Under the pieces are notes generated by a model. That model ran no database searches, was not told the origin of the DNA, and saw only the letters and a program-made list of their open reading frames with translations. Position numbers and translations under genes: made by a program. Of a stretch of 64,000 bases of DNA, positions 19,737-30,138 are shown piece after piece. The first letter of the stretch is position 1, and each line of letters begins with the position of its first letter. The stretch comes from Elusimicrobium minutum (GTDB lineage Bacteria; Elusimicrobiota; Elusimicrobia; Elusimicrobiales; UBA9959): assembly GCA_020723765.1 (NCBI GenBank), contig DYIF01000009.1, positions 6,583-70,582 of the forward strand, in the 5' to 3' direction.

Positions 19737-21179
19737 ATGAATGTTAAAACCGCGGTTTTTATACCATTTATTTCACTTCTTTTTTACGGTTTTATAAACG
19801 TTAAAGTTTATTTTTTATTAAATTCTCTGGTTTTTATATATTTCTTTATTTATTTGATAAAACTAAGATCGGGCTCTTGTTTTTATCTTCCATACGGTTA
19901 TAAGTATTTATTTTCGGCGGTTTTTGTCTCGTTGTTTTCTTTCGCTTTAAGCCCTGTAAAAGGTTTAATTTCGATGGAATATATTAACTTTATTTCCGGG
20001 TTTATAATCTTTTTTATCGTTTTAAATATCGACGAGGAGATAGATTATAGATATTTTTATCCTTTTTTGGTCGTTATGGCGATTTCCGGGGCTTATAAAT
20101 CTTTCATGGGAAAAGAGGAGTTGATTTCAACGCTTAAAAACGCAAATACATTGGCTTTTGTTTCGATACTTATAATAGGAATGCTGGCCGAGAAGAAGAA
20201 ATATTATATGGCGATATTTTTCGCCGGGGTTCTTATTTCTACAAAATCGATAGCCGCAATGCTTTCGATTATGGTAGTAAGCTTTTATTACGGGTTTAAA
20301 AACAGGAAAAACATAGATTTTAAAAATAACCATATCGTTTTTTCCGCTATGATAATTTTATTTTTATTTTTACTGGTCAATATAGATTTCAAATCGGTTA
20401 CCGATAGAATTTCGTGGTGGAAGGCTTGTCTGGATATGTTTTTTGAAAGACCCATTTTCGGGTTTGGATACTCTTCTTTTACTCATATAATTTCGGCCTT
20501 TATGAACGGGGGACTTAAATCTTCATACGCTCACAATTACTTTTTAGAGTCCATGGCCGAAAACGGTTTGATATTTTCTTTTCTATGGTTTTTCTTTTTG
20601 TTTATTTCGGTTAGAAAATCTCAGGGTTTTTATAAGTATTCTTTAATGGCGGCTTTGATACACTCGTTTTTCGACTTCGGCATGGATACTTTGGCGGGAT
20701 GGTGGTTTTTTATGTTTTTTTTGGCTTTAAGCCATAAAAAAGAAAAACTTATGTTCAGGCTTAAAGAAGATTATCGAAAATACAGGATATATTTGATATC
20801 GAGTTCTTTAATTTTAATCGTTTCGTGGGGTTTGTATTCGTATAAATATTACCGTATAGATAAGGCGAATTACGAAATATTAAAGCTTTATTTGGAAAAA
20901 GATTTTAAAAAAGCTTCGGATAAGATTTACGAATTTGTATCGTTATATCCGGATAACATAGATTTGGCTTTGAGAAGAGTAGAGATCAATCGAAACTTTT
21001 ACGATATGACCGGAGATGAAAGGTATTTAAAAGAAACTGCAAAATCGTTGGAATATTTGCTTTTGATAAATCCTTATTACAGACCGGCCTACGACAATTT
21101 AGAGAGGATATACGAGTTTATTCGAGACGATAAATCCCTGGCCGAGATTAGAAACAGAAAAAAAACATATATAAAATAA
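19737..21179 (+). CDS. O-antigen ligase-like (Wzy_C) polytopic membrane protein with C-terminal TPR-like region
   Basis: About 10 hydrophobic helices, a YAHNYFLESMAENGL motif and a helical-repeat tail. Confidence 0.7.
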   Translation: MNVKTAVFIPFISLLFYGFINVKVYFLLNSLVFIYFFIYLIKLRSGSCFYLPYGYKYLFSAVFVSLFSFALSPVKGLISMEYINFISGFIIFFIVLNIDEEIDYRYFYPFLVVMAISGAYKSFMGKEELISTLKNANTLAFVSILIIGMLAEKKKYYMAIFFAGVLISTKSIAAMLSIMVVSFYYGFKNRKNIDFKNNHIVFSAMIILFLFLLVNIDFKSVTDRISWWKACLDMFFERPIFGFGYSSFTHIISAFMNGGLKSSYAHNYFLESMAENGLIFSFLWFFFLFISVRKSQGFYKYSLMAALIHSFFDFGMDTLAGWWFFMFFLALSHKKEKLMFRLKEDYRKYRIYLISSSLILIVSWGLYSYKYYRIDKANYEILKLYLEKDFKKASDKIYEFVSLYPDNIDLALRRVEINRNFYDMTGDERYLKETAKSLEYLLLINPYYRPAYDNLERIYEFIRDDKSLAEIRNRKKTYIK

Positions 21180-21180
21180 T

Positions 21181-22734
21181 GTGGAAAAACTCATAAGATA
21201 CAAAAAAGAACATATCGGTATTTTAATATTTTCCGCTTTTTTTATTTCGGGATTTTTTTTCGAGGGTTATAAGAAAAGCGTTTATTTTATTCCTTTGTTT
21301 GTTTTTTTGACGGTTTTTTTTTATTTAAAAAACATAAGAGTGGGATTAACATCGGGTTTTGGTTTCATTTTTTTAATGTTATTTTCCCTGTTTTTTGGCG
21401 ATTTTAAATCCGAGTCTTTTTTTTCGATTTCCGTATGGATTCTATGCGTATTTTCGTATTATTTTGTTTCGAATATGAAAGAAGAAGAAAAAAAATATTT
21501 TTTTAAATCTTTTAACGATATTCTGATTTACGCATCGACTTTTATTTCGATTCTCGTATTAATAAATTTTATAAAAGGCGGTAGATTTTACGTTATCGGC
21601 AATAATCCCAATTACGCGGCGATTTTAATTTCGATTTCAATTTTTGCGTGTTTTTTAAGGTTTCTGGATAATAAAAAGATAATTTTTTTGTTTTATACTG
21701 CCGTTTGTTTGGGTGCGATTACGGTTTTAAACTCGAGGAGCGGTTATTTGTCGTTGGTAATTTCTTTTTTTGTTTTATACGCCGATAAAAAAGGACTTAA
21801 AAAAGCTTTATTTGCGCTTTTGTTTCTTCTAATTATTTTTATTCTCTCGCCTTGGGAGATAATTTCGTATTTTCTAAAGGTGGACGATCCTAAAGCGTAT
21901 TACAGGCCTTATATATGGTTAAGTTCGTTAAAAGCCTTCGTTTCAAGCCCTATCTGGGGATTTGGCGGAGGAAGTTTCGAATATGTTTTTGAAAAGTTTA
22001 AATTTCCTTATTTCGACGGTTTTTGCTATTATAATCACTCTTCCGTTCACGCTCACAACGAATTTTTAAATATTGCGGTTGAAAACGGGATGGCGGTTTT
22101 ATTGGCATACTTATTAATTTTAAAAAAATGGTTTTTATCAAAAGAAAAAAACGAGATCTATTTTTCCATTATGATTATTACCGTTTTTTCTTTATTCGAC
22201 ATAGTTTTAAAATTGCCTTTTATTAGGATAATATATTTTTTGTTTTTGGGTTACTACGAGTCTAATTTTAAATACGAAGTGGGATTTAGAAAAATAATTT
22301 TATTAGTCGTTTTGTTTTTTGTGGCGTTTGTTTATGCTATCAAAGACAAAAACTTTAAAAAATATGAAAAAGGGTACGTGGAATTGTCGCAAAATCCGAA
22401 CGATTTTAGGAAATCGGCAGTTTCCGAATATTTGTTTTATCATTATCCTTTAAATCCGATTTTTGCGTTTGAAACGGCCAAGTTTTATGAAAGCGTAGAA
22501 GACTACGATAAAGCTTTGAATTATGCGGAAAAAGCCTTAAAGATTGAGCCCAATTTCAATAACGCTTTGATTATGACGGCGTATCTTAAATTTATTAAAG
22601 GCGAAGCAAAAGATTTTAAAAATTATATCGATAAAATTAAAATCGTCGAAAACGGCGAGCGGAATTTTTATTTTTCATATATTTCGTCTTTGAATTTAAA
22701 TCTTTATTATCGTCTTTTAAAAGAAGTTAAATAA
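21181..22734 (+). CDS. O-antigen ligase-like (Wzy_C) membrane protein with C-terminal TPR, paralog of the preceding gene
   Basis: VHAHNEFLNIAVENGM motif and a C-terminal TPR (AKFYESVEDYDKALNYAEKALKIEPN). It has a GTG start. Confidence 0.7.
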   Translation: MEKLIRYKKEHIGILIFSAFFISGFFFEGYKKSVYFIPLFVFLTVFFYLKNIRVGLTSGFGFIFLMLFSLFFGDFKSESFFSISVWILCVFSYYFVSNMKEEEKKYFFKSFNDILIYASTFISILVLINFIKGGRFYVIGNNPNYAAILISISIFACFLRFLDNKKIIFLFYTAVCLGAITVLNSRSGYLSLVISFFVLYADKKGLKKALFALLFLLIIFILSPWEIISYFLKVDDPKAYYRPYIWLSSLKAFVSSPIWGFGGGSFEYVFEKFKFPYFDGFCYYNHSSVHAHNEFLNIAVENGMAVLLAYLLILKKWFLSKEKNEIYFSIMIITVFSLFDIVLKLPFIRIIYFLFLGYYESNFKYEVGFRKIILLVVLFFVAFVYAIKDKNFKKYEKGYVELSQNPNDFRKSAVSEYLFYHYPLNPIFAFETAKFYESVEDYDKALNYAEKALKIEPNFNNALIMTAYLKFIKGEAKDFKNYIDKIKIVENGERNFYFSYISSLNLNLYYRLLKEVK

Positions 22735-22763
22735 AAAAGCCCAATAATATATAAAATATTTAT

Positions 22764-23897
22764 ATGGACTTATATAGAATCAAGAAATACTGTTCGGATG
22801 TTTCTTCCGTGCGTATGGCTTATAACATAAAGCTGATAGACAGCGGAGAAATGTTTTTTAATACTCTTTTCGACATCATTTCAAACGCTAAAAAATCGGT
22901 ACTCATAGAGTTTTACGAAATAGCGGACGATAAAATAGGCGAAGAACTTAAAAAACTATTGATAAAGAAAGTTAAAGAAAAGGTAACCGTAAGAGTAATA
23001 TACGATAGCATAGGTTCCCGCTTAAGTTCCAAAAAGTTTTTTGAGGAACTTCAAACTAACGGAGTCCGAGTTATAGAATATAACCCGATAAAAATGTTCG
23101 GTTCGGTAAGAAGATGGTTTAGAAGAGATCATAGGAAGATAATAGTCGCTGATTTTGAAAAAGCCTTAACTGGCGGATTTAATTTAAGCTTAGATTTTGC
23201 GCCTTATTCGATGGGGGGAAATAATTGGAAAGATTTCGGAGTTTATTTCGAGGGGGAAAGCGTTTACGACATATCGTTGATATTTAGAGAAACATGGGTA
23301 GGGGCCGGGGGAGATTTTTTTGAAATAACTTTGCCCGAAGTAAAAGGAGATATACCGGTATCCATAGCGTGGGAGTTTGGAATAAGAAATATACACTCGG
23401 TTAGAAGAAATTACAAATACGCCATGGATAACGCTAAAAATTTCATATACATAACAAACGCATATTTCTTGCCCGACGGTTTAATATACAGATGTCTTAA
23501 AAGAGCAGTCATAAGAGGGGTGGATGTAAAAATAATTCTTCCTTTTAAAACGGATCATCCTTACGTCAGAATAGCTTCGCTTAGCATAATTAGACATTTG
23601 ATAAAACACGGAATAAAGGTTTACGAGTGGCAGAAAGAGGTTTTGCATGCGAAAACCGCAGTAATAGACGGAGTCTGGACTTCCATAGGCTCTCATAACT
23701 TGGACCACATAAGCCTGCATTATAATTTGGAGCTTAATTTAAATATATACGACGAAACTATCGGATTTAAAATGAAGGAGATTTTTGAAAACGATTTAAA
23801 AAACTCTTGCGAAATGACGTTAGATTATATAAATTCTCTTCCCGTTTCCACCAAAATTATGAGTCAGTTCATATATATTTTGAGAGATTTTTTATGA
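22764..23897 (+). CDS. Phospholipase D-family cardiolipin synthase (ClsB-like, no TM)
   Basis: It has two HKD motifs, HRKIIVAD and HAKTAVIDGVWTSIGSHNLD. Confidence 0.85.
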   Translation: MDLYRIKKYCSDVSSVRMAYNIKLIDSGEMFFNTLFDIISNAKKSVLIEFYEIADDKIGEELKKLLIKKVKEKVTVRVIYDSIGSRLSSKKFFEELQTNGVRVIEYNPIKMFGSVRRWFRRDHRKIIVADFEKALTGGFNLSLDFAPYSMGGNNWKDFGVYFEGESVYDISLIFRETWVGAGGDFFEITLPEVKGDIPVSIAWEFGIRNIHSVRRNYKYAMDNAKNFIYITNAYFLPDGLIYRCLKRAVIRGVDVKIILPFKTDHPYVRIASLSIIRHLIKHGIKVYEWQKEVLHAKTAVIDGVWTSIGSHNLDHISLHYNLELNLNIYDETIGFKMKEIFENDLKNSCEMTLDYINSLPVSTKIMSQFIYILRDFL

Positions 23898-25183
23898 AGC
23901 TTCTTTTTTTATATCTTTTTTTTGCGGCTTTAGGGTTTTGCGAATCTTTTGAGGATGTATATAACAGAATAATTACCGATAAATTTTTTAGAGGGGTGGT
24001 CGCCGATAATATAATAGAAAACGATAAGTATAAAGATGTGGTCGAGGGGAATTTTTATACATATTCGGAACTAAGAGCCCGGGTGATGATTTGGATTGAA
24101 GAAGATCCGAAGGAAGCCGCAAAGAGGTTTTTGGAGATAGTCGATAAAAAAGGGGAGTACGGGGTTAGGTATCAAATTTACGATTATAAAATTAATCCCA
24201 AACTTAAGGAACTGATAGATAAAATGGAGTTTGCATCTAAAAACGATATAAAAGACGAAAAGATCAGAGATTACGCTTCTCTTCTTTTCGAAGGTTTTAA
24301 AGAAAACGATTCTCAAGGGGTGGAAATAAATAAATCGTCTAAAAAACAAGATTATTCCAAAACGCTTTCTTATAACTACGTAAACATAAATGCCGATAAT
24401 CTTTATAAAGAAGCTGAAAGAGTGAATAAAGCTTACGATTATCTTAAAAACATAAAAATAGAGGATATAGGCGGAATAATCGAAAAAACCGACGCTAAAT
24501 ACAAAGAATTTTTGGAGCATGTCTCGGTTTTAAAAGGCAGCAAAAGAATAAGCCTGGAACAGGGGGAAAGACTAAAAAAGGTTTTGGACGAGGTTTTGAG
24601 ATTTTTAACCCTAAAAGCTCTTTTAGTGAAGTATTCAAACATAAAAGATTTGGCTTATATCCCTAAATATAAAGTATCAATAGCAAAAATAAAATCGGAT
24701 CTGGAGTCGTATTATCTTTTAAAATCCGATAACTTTAACCGGGATTTTTTTAATCTTTACTCGTTTATGGATAATCTTGAAAGGGAAAGCGTTTTTATAA
24801 ATAAGGTAAAGGAAATTAAAACCGCTTTGTCTTACGATATATATTCTTGTTTTTTGGATTATCTCGTAAAAAGCCTAAGCCCTATTTTTTTTCCGGACTC
24901 AAAATATTCCGATTATAAAAAAAAGAAAAAGGAGCTTTGCGAATATTTTTCCAAATTTTACGAGAATCTCATAAACTCGCATAACGAAACCGATTATTAC
25001 GAAGATGCGGAAGAGAAAATAAAAGACGCTTTAGAAATAGTCGATTTGGAAAACAGGGCTGGTTATAAAAACAGGAAATTGCAGTTTTTGTTTTGCGATA
25101 ATTTATTGCCGTGGGATTTATATTGGGATAAGAATGGTAAATATTTCGGACTAAAAATCGATGTTTTTCGTGAGAAAAAATAA
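23894..25183 (+). CDS. Secreted hypothetical protein
   Basis: I chose the ATG at 23894, which overlaps the cls TGA. This gives the signal-like N-terminus MKLLFLYLFFAALGFCES. I recognised no motif. Confidence 0.5.
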   Translation: MKLLFLYLFFAALGFCESFEDVYNRIITDKFFRGVVADNIIENDKYKDVVEGNFYTYSELRARVMIWIEEDPKEAAKRFLEIVDKKGEYGVRYQIYDYKINPKLKELIDKMEFASKNDIKDEKIRDYASLLFEGFKENDSQGVEINKSSKKQDYSKTLSYNYVNINADNLYKEAERVNKAYDYLKNIKIEDIGGIIEKTDAKYKEFLEHVSVLKGSKRISLEQGERLKKVLDEVLRFLTLKALLVKYSNIKDLAYIPKYKVSIAKIKSDLESYYLLKSDNFNRDFFNLYSFMDNLERESVFINKVKEIKTALSYDIYSCFLDYLVKSLSPIFFPDSKYSDYKKKKKELCEYFSKFYENLINSHNETDYYEDAEEKIKDALEIVDLENRAGYKNRKLQFLFCDNLLPWDLYWDKNGKYFGLKIDVFREKK

Positions 25184-25187
25184 AGGC

Positions 25188-26753
25188 TTACTTATCTTCA
25201 TGGTATTCCTTTTCGGTATTTATGTTCCAGATGTCTTTTTTGTCTCTTCCTTCCAAAATACACCTGACCGCTTCTATAGCCGTTAGCATAGAGTGGTCCA
25301 TGTTGTTGTAGCGATGCATTCCGTTTCTACCGACCGGATATAAATTTTCTATTTTATCCAGATAATTTTTTACGACATCGAAGTTTTCATAGCTTCCAAA
25401 ATACGCGGGATAAGCTTTTTCCACTCTTTCAACCGTTCCGTCTATAAAATCCGAAGATTCTATAATTCCGCATTTTTCCAATTCTTTTACCGATAAATTT
25501 ATTAATTCATTATCTCCCATATTCCATAAATTGTCGTTTTTATTGCAGAAAAATTCGACTCCGAGCCAAACGGTGTTTAAATCGGCTACCAGATAAGGGC
25601 TCCAGTTATTGAATATTTGAAGTCTTCCGGCTATCATATCTCTATCCTGAAGATATATCCAGTTATCCGGGATAATATCATTTATCGTTTTTTCTTTTGT
25701 TTCGTTTTTGATTTTAAGTTTTTTTACCAGAATACCGGTTGTTAAAAAATCTCTATAAACAAGATTTTCGGCCACTTTTTTAGCTTTTTCTTCTTTTCTA
25801 TCCATAGCGTTTAATAAATCTTTTATGGCCATAGAGGATATAACAAAATCGGATTTGATTTCTATTTTTTCCCGGTTTTTCAAATTTTTTGCTATTACTT
25901 TAGTTATTTTAAATCCGTCGGTTTCCAATCTTACCACCTCGGTATTTTTCAATATGATTCCGCCTTTTTTTTCTATTATATCGGCCATCTCGTCCCATAG
26001 CTGTCCGGGGCCGTATTTAGGATAATAAAATTTTCTTATAAGTGTGGTTTCTATTTTTTTGTTATCCGAATAGTTTTTGGATAAAGAATTTAGAATTATG
26101 TCTTTTAATATCGATTTTATCGAAAGCCCTTTTATTCTTTGCTCTCCCCATTCGGGCTTTATTTCCGAGCATTTTGTTCCCCAAACCTTTTCGGTGTAAT
26201 CTCTAAAAAAAGTATCGTATAGTTCGTAGCCGAATCTGTTAATGAAAAAATCCTCTAATGACTTTTCCGGCTTTATGGGAAATATCTGACTTTTTAAATA
26301 ACTAATTCCTATCTTGGACATCTTTAAAAAACCCAAATTTTTTATAGTATTTTTATTTAAAGATACCGGATAGTCGAAGAATTTTTTGAGGTAATATATC
26401 CTTGAAGTCCTTTTCCTGATAAGCATTACCTTGTCCTCTTTTTCTGGGTCAGGTCCTTCGAAGGGGTAATTTATTTCTTTATATCTTTCGGTCAGTATAT
26501 CGTCTTTTGAAGGTTTTGATTGAATCGGAAGTAACTCCTCCCATATCTTTTTTACATTTTCCGATTTTGTAAAAAACCTATGTCCTCCGAGGTCCATTCT
26601 ATTGCCTTTATAGGAGATGGTTCTGGCTATTCCTCCAAAGATATTTAATTTTTCTATTATTATCGCTTTAAATCCCGATTTTTTTAAAAGTTCGTATCCG
26701 GCGGTTAGGCCGCTCGGTCCAGCCCCTATTATTACAACCGTTTTTTCGCTCAT
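25188..26753 (-). CDS. NAD(P)/FAD-dependent oxidoreductase (amine oxidase / UDP-galactopyranose mutase-like fold)
   Basis: N-terminal Rossmann motif VVIIGAGPSGLTAGYEL and C-terminal YPVGRNGMHRYNNMDHS. It lies downstream of gtrA in the same operon. Confidence 0.7.
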   Translation of the reverse strand: MSEKTVVIIGAGPSGLTAGYELLKKSGFKAIIIEKLNIFGGIARTISYKGNRMDLGGHRFFTKSENVKKIWEELLPIQSKPSKDDILTERYKEINYPFEGPDPEKEDKVMLIRKRTSRIYYLKKFFDYPVSLNKNTIKNLGFLKMSKIGISYLKSQIFPIKPEKSLEDFFINRFGYELYDTFFRDYTEKVWGTKCSEIKPEWGEQRIKGLSIKSILKDIILNSLSKNYSDNKKIETTLIRKFYYPKYGPGQLWDEMADIIEKKGGIILKNTEVVRLETDGFKITKVIAKNLKNREKIEIKSDFVISSMAIKDLLNAMDRKEEKAKKVAENLVYRDFLTTGILVKKLKIKNETKEKTINDIIPDNWIYLQDRDMIAGRLQIFNNWSPYLVADLNTVWLGVEFFCNKNDNLWNMGDNELINLSVKELEKCGIIESSDFIDGTVERVEKAYPAYFGSYENFDVVKNYLDKIENLYPVGRNGMHRYNNMDHSMLTAIEAVRCILEGRDKKDIWNINTEKEYHEDK

Positions 26754-26765
26754 AATATTATTTTA

Positions 26766-27152
26766 TTAAAAAAGGAAAAACTTTCTTACTCCGAAGTTCC
26801 ATAAAAGAACAATTGCGGAAGATAAAAGCTTTGAATACATATAAAAAATTTTAAGTTTTTCGGTAAAAAACCATATGGAAAGTTGATTTATCGCTAGTCC
26901 AGCTATTCCTACAAGCGAGAAAAAAAGAAACTCTAATTTTTTATTTTTTAGTTTTCTTTTGTCGAATACCCATCTTACGCTTAAAAGATAATTAAATATT
27001 AAACCGCAGATAAAAGATATCGCTGAAGATATAAGATAAAAAAAATTAAACCTTTCGGTTAAAATCCACAAAAGAGAGTAATCTATTAAAAAAGCCGAGC
27101 CGCCTATTAAAATATATTTGAAAAATTGGATTATGGTTTTGTCCACAATCAA
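26766..27152 (-). CDS. GtrA-family membrane protein
   Basis: 128 aa with four hydrophobic helices. FFKYILIGGSAFLIDY and FGVRKFFLF are typical of GtrA. Confidence 0.8.
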   Translation of the reverse strand: MIVDKTIIQFFKYILIGGSAFLIDYSLLWILTERFNFFYLISSAISFICGLIFNYLLSVRWVFDKRKLKNKKLEFLFFSLVGIAGLAINQLSIWFFTEKLKIFYMYSKLLSSAIVLLWNFGVRKFFLF

Positions 27153-28537
27153 TCTTCTTTCAATATTTCCAGAGTTCCGAATTTGTCCAATTTCCCCCCG
27201 ATTTTTTTCAAGTCTCCAACGATAAATATTAGATAGTTTTCCATATCGTACATTTCTTTTGCTATGTTTATCGCGTCTTGTTCCTTAACCGAATCTATAT
27301 TTGAAGTGTATTTGTATATGTAATCGGAAGGGTAAGAATACAAATCGTAGCTTGCTATCTCGTTTAACAATGATGCTACCGTTTCAAATCTAAAAACGAA
27401 AGAGTTGATTATTTGCGATTTGGCCATATCGAATTCTTTGGTTTCTATTTTTCCTTCTTTTGCGTTTTTAAATTCTAAAAATATTTGATCTATCGCTTCT
27501 TCGACGCTTTCGGGCTTAGTTCCCAAATAAGTCATTATGAATCCCGATTCGTTTCTTTTGGCGAAATAAGAGTATACGCTATAGGCAAGTCCTCTTTTAG
27601 AGCGTATCTCGTTTCCCAATTTGGATTGTATTCCGCCGCCCATATATTCGCTTAATACCGCTAAAGGAAATTCCTTCGGGTCGTGTCTTTTAATACCTTT
27701 ATTAAGTATTACCACGAAAGCCTGTCTTAAAGGTTTATCTATAAGATATATTTTTTTTCCTTTTACGGTAGCGGGTTCCTGTATTTTGGGTAAAGGCGTT
27801 TTTTTGTTCGGAATGTCCGAAAAAGCCTTTTTTATCTTTTCAATCATTTCTTTTTCGTCGAAATCCCCGGCCACGGAGATTATCATTTTATCCGAATCCA
27901 TTATTTGTAAATGATAGTTTTTCAAATCTTCTACGGTTATAGGGGATACCGTTTCTATCTCGGGCCTTTTGCCGTAGGGGTGGTCTTTGCCGAAAAACAT
28001 TCTAAGCGCCTCTCTTGTGGCTTGCTTGGAAGGATTGTCGTTTCTTCTTTTAATCATTTCTATCATTTCTTGTTTTTTAAGTTCGAATCTTTCTGGTTCA
28101 AAGGCCGGGTTTTTTATTATGTCCGAAAATATTTCGAAAACCTCGTCGAAATTCTTTTTATGAGAATACATGGATACGCTTGCGTCCTCGTTATTGATCG
28201 CCGCCGATATCTCAGCTCCAAAGTACTCCAATTTCTTGTCTATTTCTTCTGATTTAAATTTTTTACTGCCGCCTTCCTTTAATAATTCGAAAAAAAGTTC
28301 TCCCATACCGAATTTGTCTTTCGGGTCGTATACCTTCCCCGCTTTTAAAAATAAAGTTATTCTGACTGTCGGAAGAGAGGCGTCTTTTTTAATGTAAATT
28401 TTAAGTTTGTTATCAAGAAATACTGGATTGGTCTCTTCGGGTTTGAAGTCGATGTTTTTATAAGAAGGTATTTCGTAAGAATGCATGTTGGATATATTCA
28501 TAATCGCTCCGATTAAAAAAATATATATTTTTTTCAT
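27149..28537 (-). CDS. M16-family peptidase-like protein lacking the HxxEH motif (probable non-catalytic partner)
   Basis: The length and layout are M16B-like. It has a signal peptide but no HxxEH, and it is adjacent to a catalytic M16 paralog. Confidence 0.7.
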   Translation of the reverse strand: MKKIYIFLIGAIMNISNMHSYEIPSYKNIDFKPEETNPVFLDNKLKIYIKKDASLPTVRITLFLKAGKVYDPKDKFGMGELFFELLKEGGSKKFKSEEIDKKLEYFGAEISAAINNEDASVSMYSHKKNFDEVFEIFSDIIKNPAFEPERFELKKQEMIEMIKRRNDNPSKQATREALRMFFGKDHPYGKRPEIETVSPITVEDLKNYHLQIMDSDKMIISVAGDFDEKEMIEKIKKAFSDIPNKKTPLPKIQEPATVKGKKIYLIDKPLRQAFVVILNKGIKRHDPKEFPLAVLSEYMGGGIQSKLGNEIRSKRGLAYSVYSYFAKRNESGFIMTYLGTKPESVEEAIDQIFLEFKNAKEGKIETKEFDMAKSQIINSFVFRFETVASLLNEIASYDLYSYPSDYIYKYTSNIDSVKEQDAINIAKEMYDMENYLIFIVGDLKKIGGKLDKFGTLEILKED

Positions 28538-28546
28538 ATTCGCTCC

Positions 28547-30064
28547 TTATTTGCTTTCCACTACGTATACCGCGGTTCTGTTGTTTCTGTTCAGGTATTT
28601 TTTCGCGGCGTTTACCACATCTTCGCTTTTAACTTTTTTTATTTTTTCTATCATATCCCAGGAAAATTTCCAGCTTCCCATAATTTGCTCGTTTGTCGCC
28701 AGGGTCTGCGCAAACTCCAGATTTGACTCTAAATCCTTAATTATGCTCATTTCGTAGTTGTTTATGACCTTTTCTATCTCCCATTGAGTGGGCGGTTCGG
28801 ATTTGAACTTTTCTATCTCGTTCATTATCTCGTTATCCAGCTCTTCCACTTTAAAATCGCCTTTCGGAGCCGATACTACGATGAAAAGAGAAGGATATCT
28901 GTTGCCCGGGGTCGAGTGGTAAGCTCCGGTGTACAAGGCTATCTTTTTTTCTTCGACGAGCTTTTTGTAGAGTCTTGAAGTATTGCCGTTAGCCAATAGT
29001 TCGCTTGCAACGATTAAAGCCGGCATATCTTCGGAGTTTATTCCGTCGTTTTTAAAACCTATTCTAAGGCTCGGTTTTGAAGGGAATGGTACTTTTATTA
29101 TCTTTTCCGCGTTTTGTTGAGGTTCTTTTGTATAGTTGGTATCGGGCAGTTCGGCCGGTTTCCAATCGGAAAAGTATTTTTCCGAAAGTTTTATTATTTT
29201 AATCGGATCTATGTCTCCTACCACGGCCAGAGTGGCGTTATTTGGAAGATAAAATTTTTTATAAAAATCCTCCGCTTGTTTTCTGGTTAAATGGCTTACG
29301 TCATCCTCCCATCCTATTGTGGGATTATGATAAGGATGAGCTATGAAAGCGTGGGACAAAAGGTTTTCCCAGCTGACTCTGGATGGATCCGATTTGTTCA
29401 TTCTCAGTTCTTCCAAAACGACGCTTCTTTCTTTGTAAAAATCTCTTAAAACCGGGTTTTTAAACCTGTCCGATTCTATTATGAAATAAGCCTCGGTTCT
29501 ATCCGACGGAAGCGATACTATGTATCCGGTGTAATCGGTCGATGTAAACGCATTCATTCCGTTTTGACCTAACTCGTTATATATTTTCCAGAACTCTTCT
29601 CTGACCTGATACTTTTCAGCTTCCGCTTCCAACTTTTTTATCTCTTCCTTAAGTTTATTTATTTTTTCCATATCTTTGTTGGTCTTTTTGTCTTCGTTAT
29701 TTATCTCCGTTTCGAGTTTGTCTATTTTGTCTAAAATTTCTTTTTCTTTAGAATAATTTCTCGTTCCTATTTTCTTAGTGCCTTTAAAAGCCATATGCTC
29801 AAATAAATGCGCAAGCCCGGTTTGACCCTGAATGTTATCAACGTTTCCTACTTTAAACATCATGGTAAAAGAAACCGTTGGTGCGAATTTTTTTTCAAGC
29901 ATTAGAATTTTTAGCCCGTTCTTCATTTTATATGATATTACCTGAGGGTACTTGGGATCCGTTTCAACATTGGCGCCCAATTTTTTTAATTCCGTAATTT
30001 TAGAGTTTTCCATACAAAACGCTCCCTGAATTAAAAGAGAAGAGATTAGTATTATGAGGTTCAT
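28547..30064 (-). CDS. M16-family zinc peptidase (insulinase-like, catalytic)
   Basis: It has a signal peptide and HLFEHMAFKGT, an inverted zinc-binding HxxEH motif. Confidence 0.85.
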   Translation of the reverse strand: MNLIILISSLLIQGAFCMENSKITELKKLGANVETDPKYPQVISYKMKNGLKILMLEKKFAPTVSFTMMFKVGNVDNIQGQTGLAHLFEHMAFKGTKKIGTRNYSKEKEILDKIDKLETEINNEDKKTNKDMEKINKLKEEIKKLEAEAEKYQVREEFWKIYNELGQNGMNAFTSTDYTGYIVSLPSDRTEAYFIIESDRFKNPVLRDFYKERSVVLEELRMNKSDPSRVSWENLLSHAFIAHPYHNPTIGWEDDVSHLTRKQAEDFYKKFYLPNNATLAVVGDIDPIKIIKLSEKYFSDWKPAELPDTNYTKEPQQNAEKIIKVPFPSKPSLRIGFKNDGINSEDMPALIVASELLANGNTSRLYKKLVEEKKIALYTGAYHSTPGNRYPSLFIVVSAPKGDFKVEELDNEIMNEIEKFKSEPPTQWEIEKVINNYEMSIIKDLESNLEFAQTLATNEQIMGSWKFSWDMIEKIKKVKSEDVVNAAKKYLNRNNRTAVYVVESK

Positions 30065-30138
30065 TTATCCTCCGATTATTAGCATTTGCTTTAAATATTA
30101 TATAATTTTTTTAGATTTATGTTCCCGACGGAGTTTTT

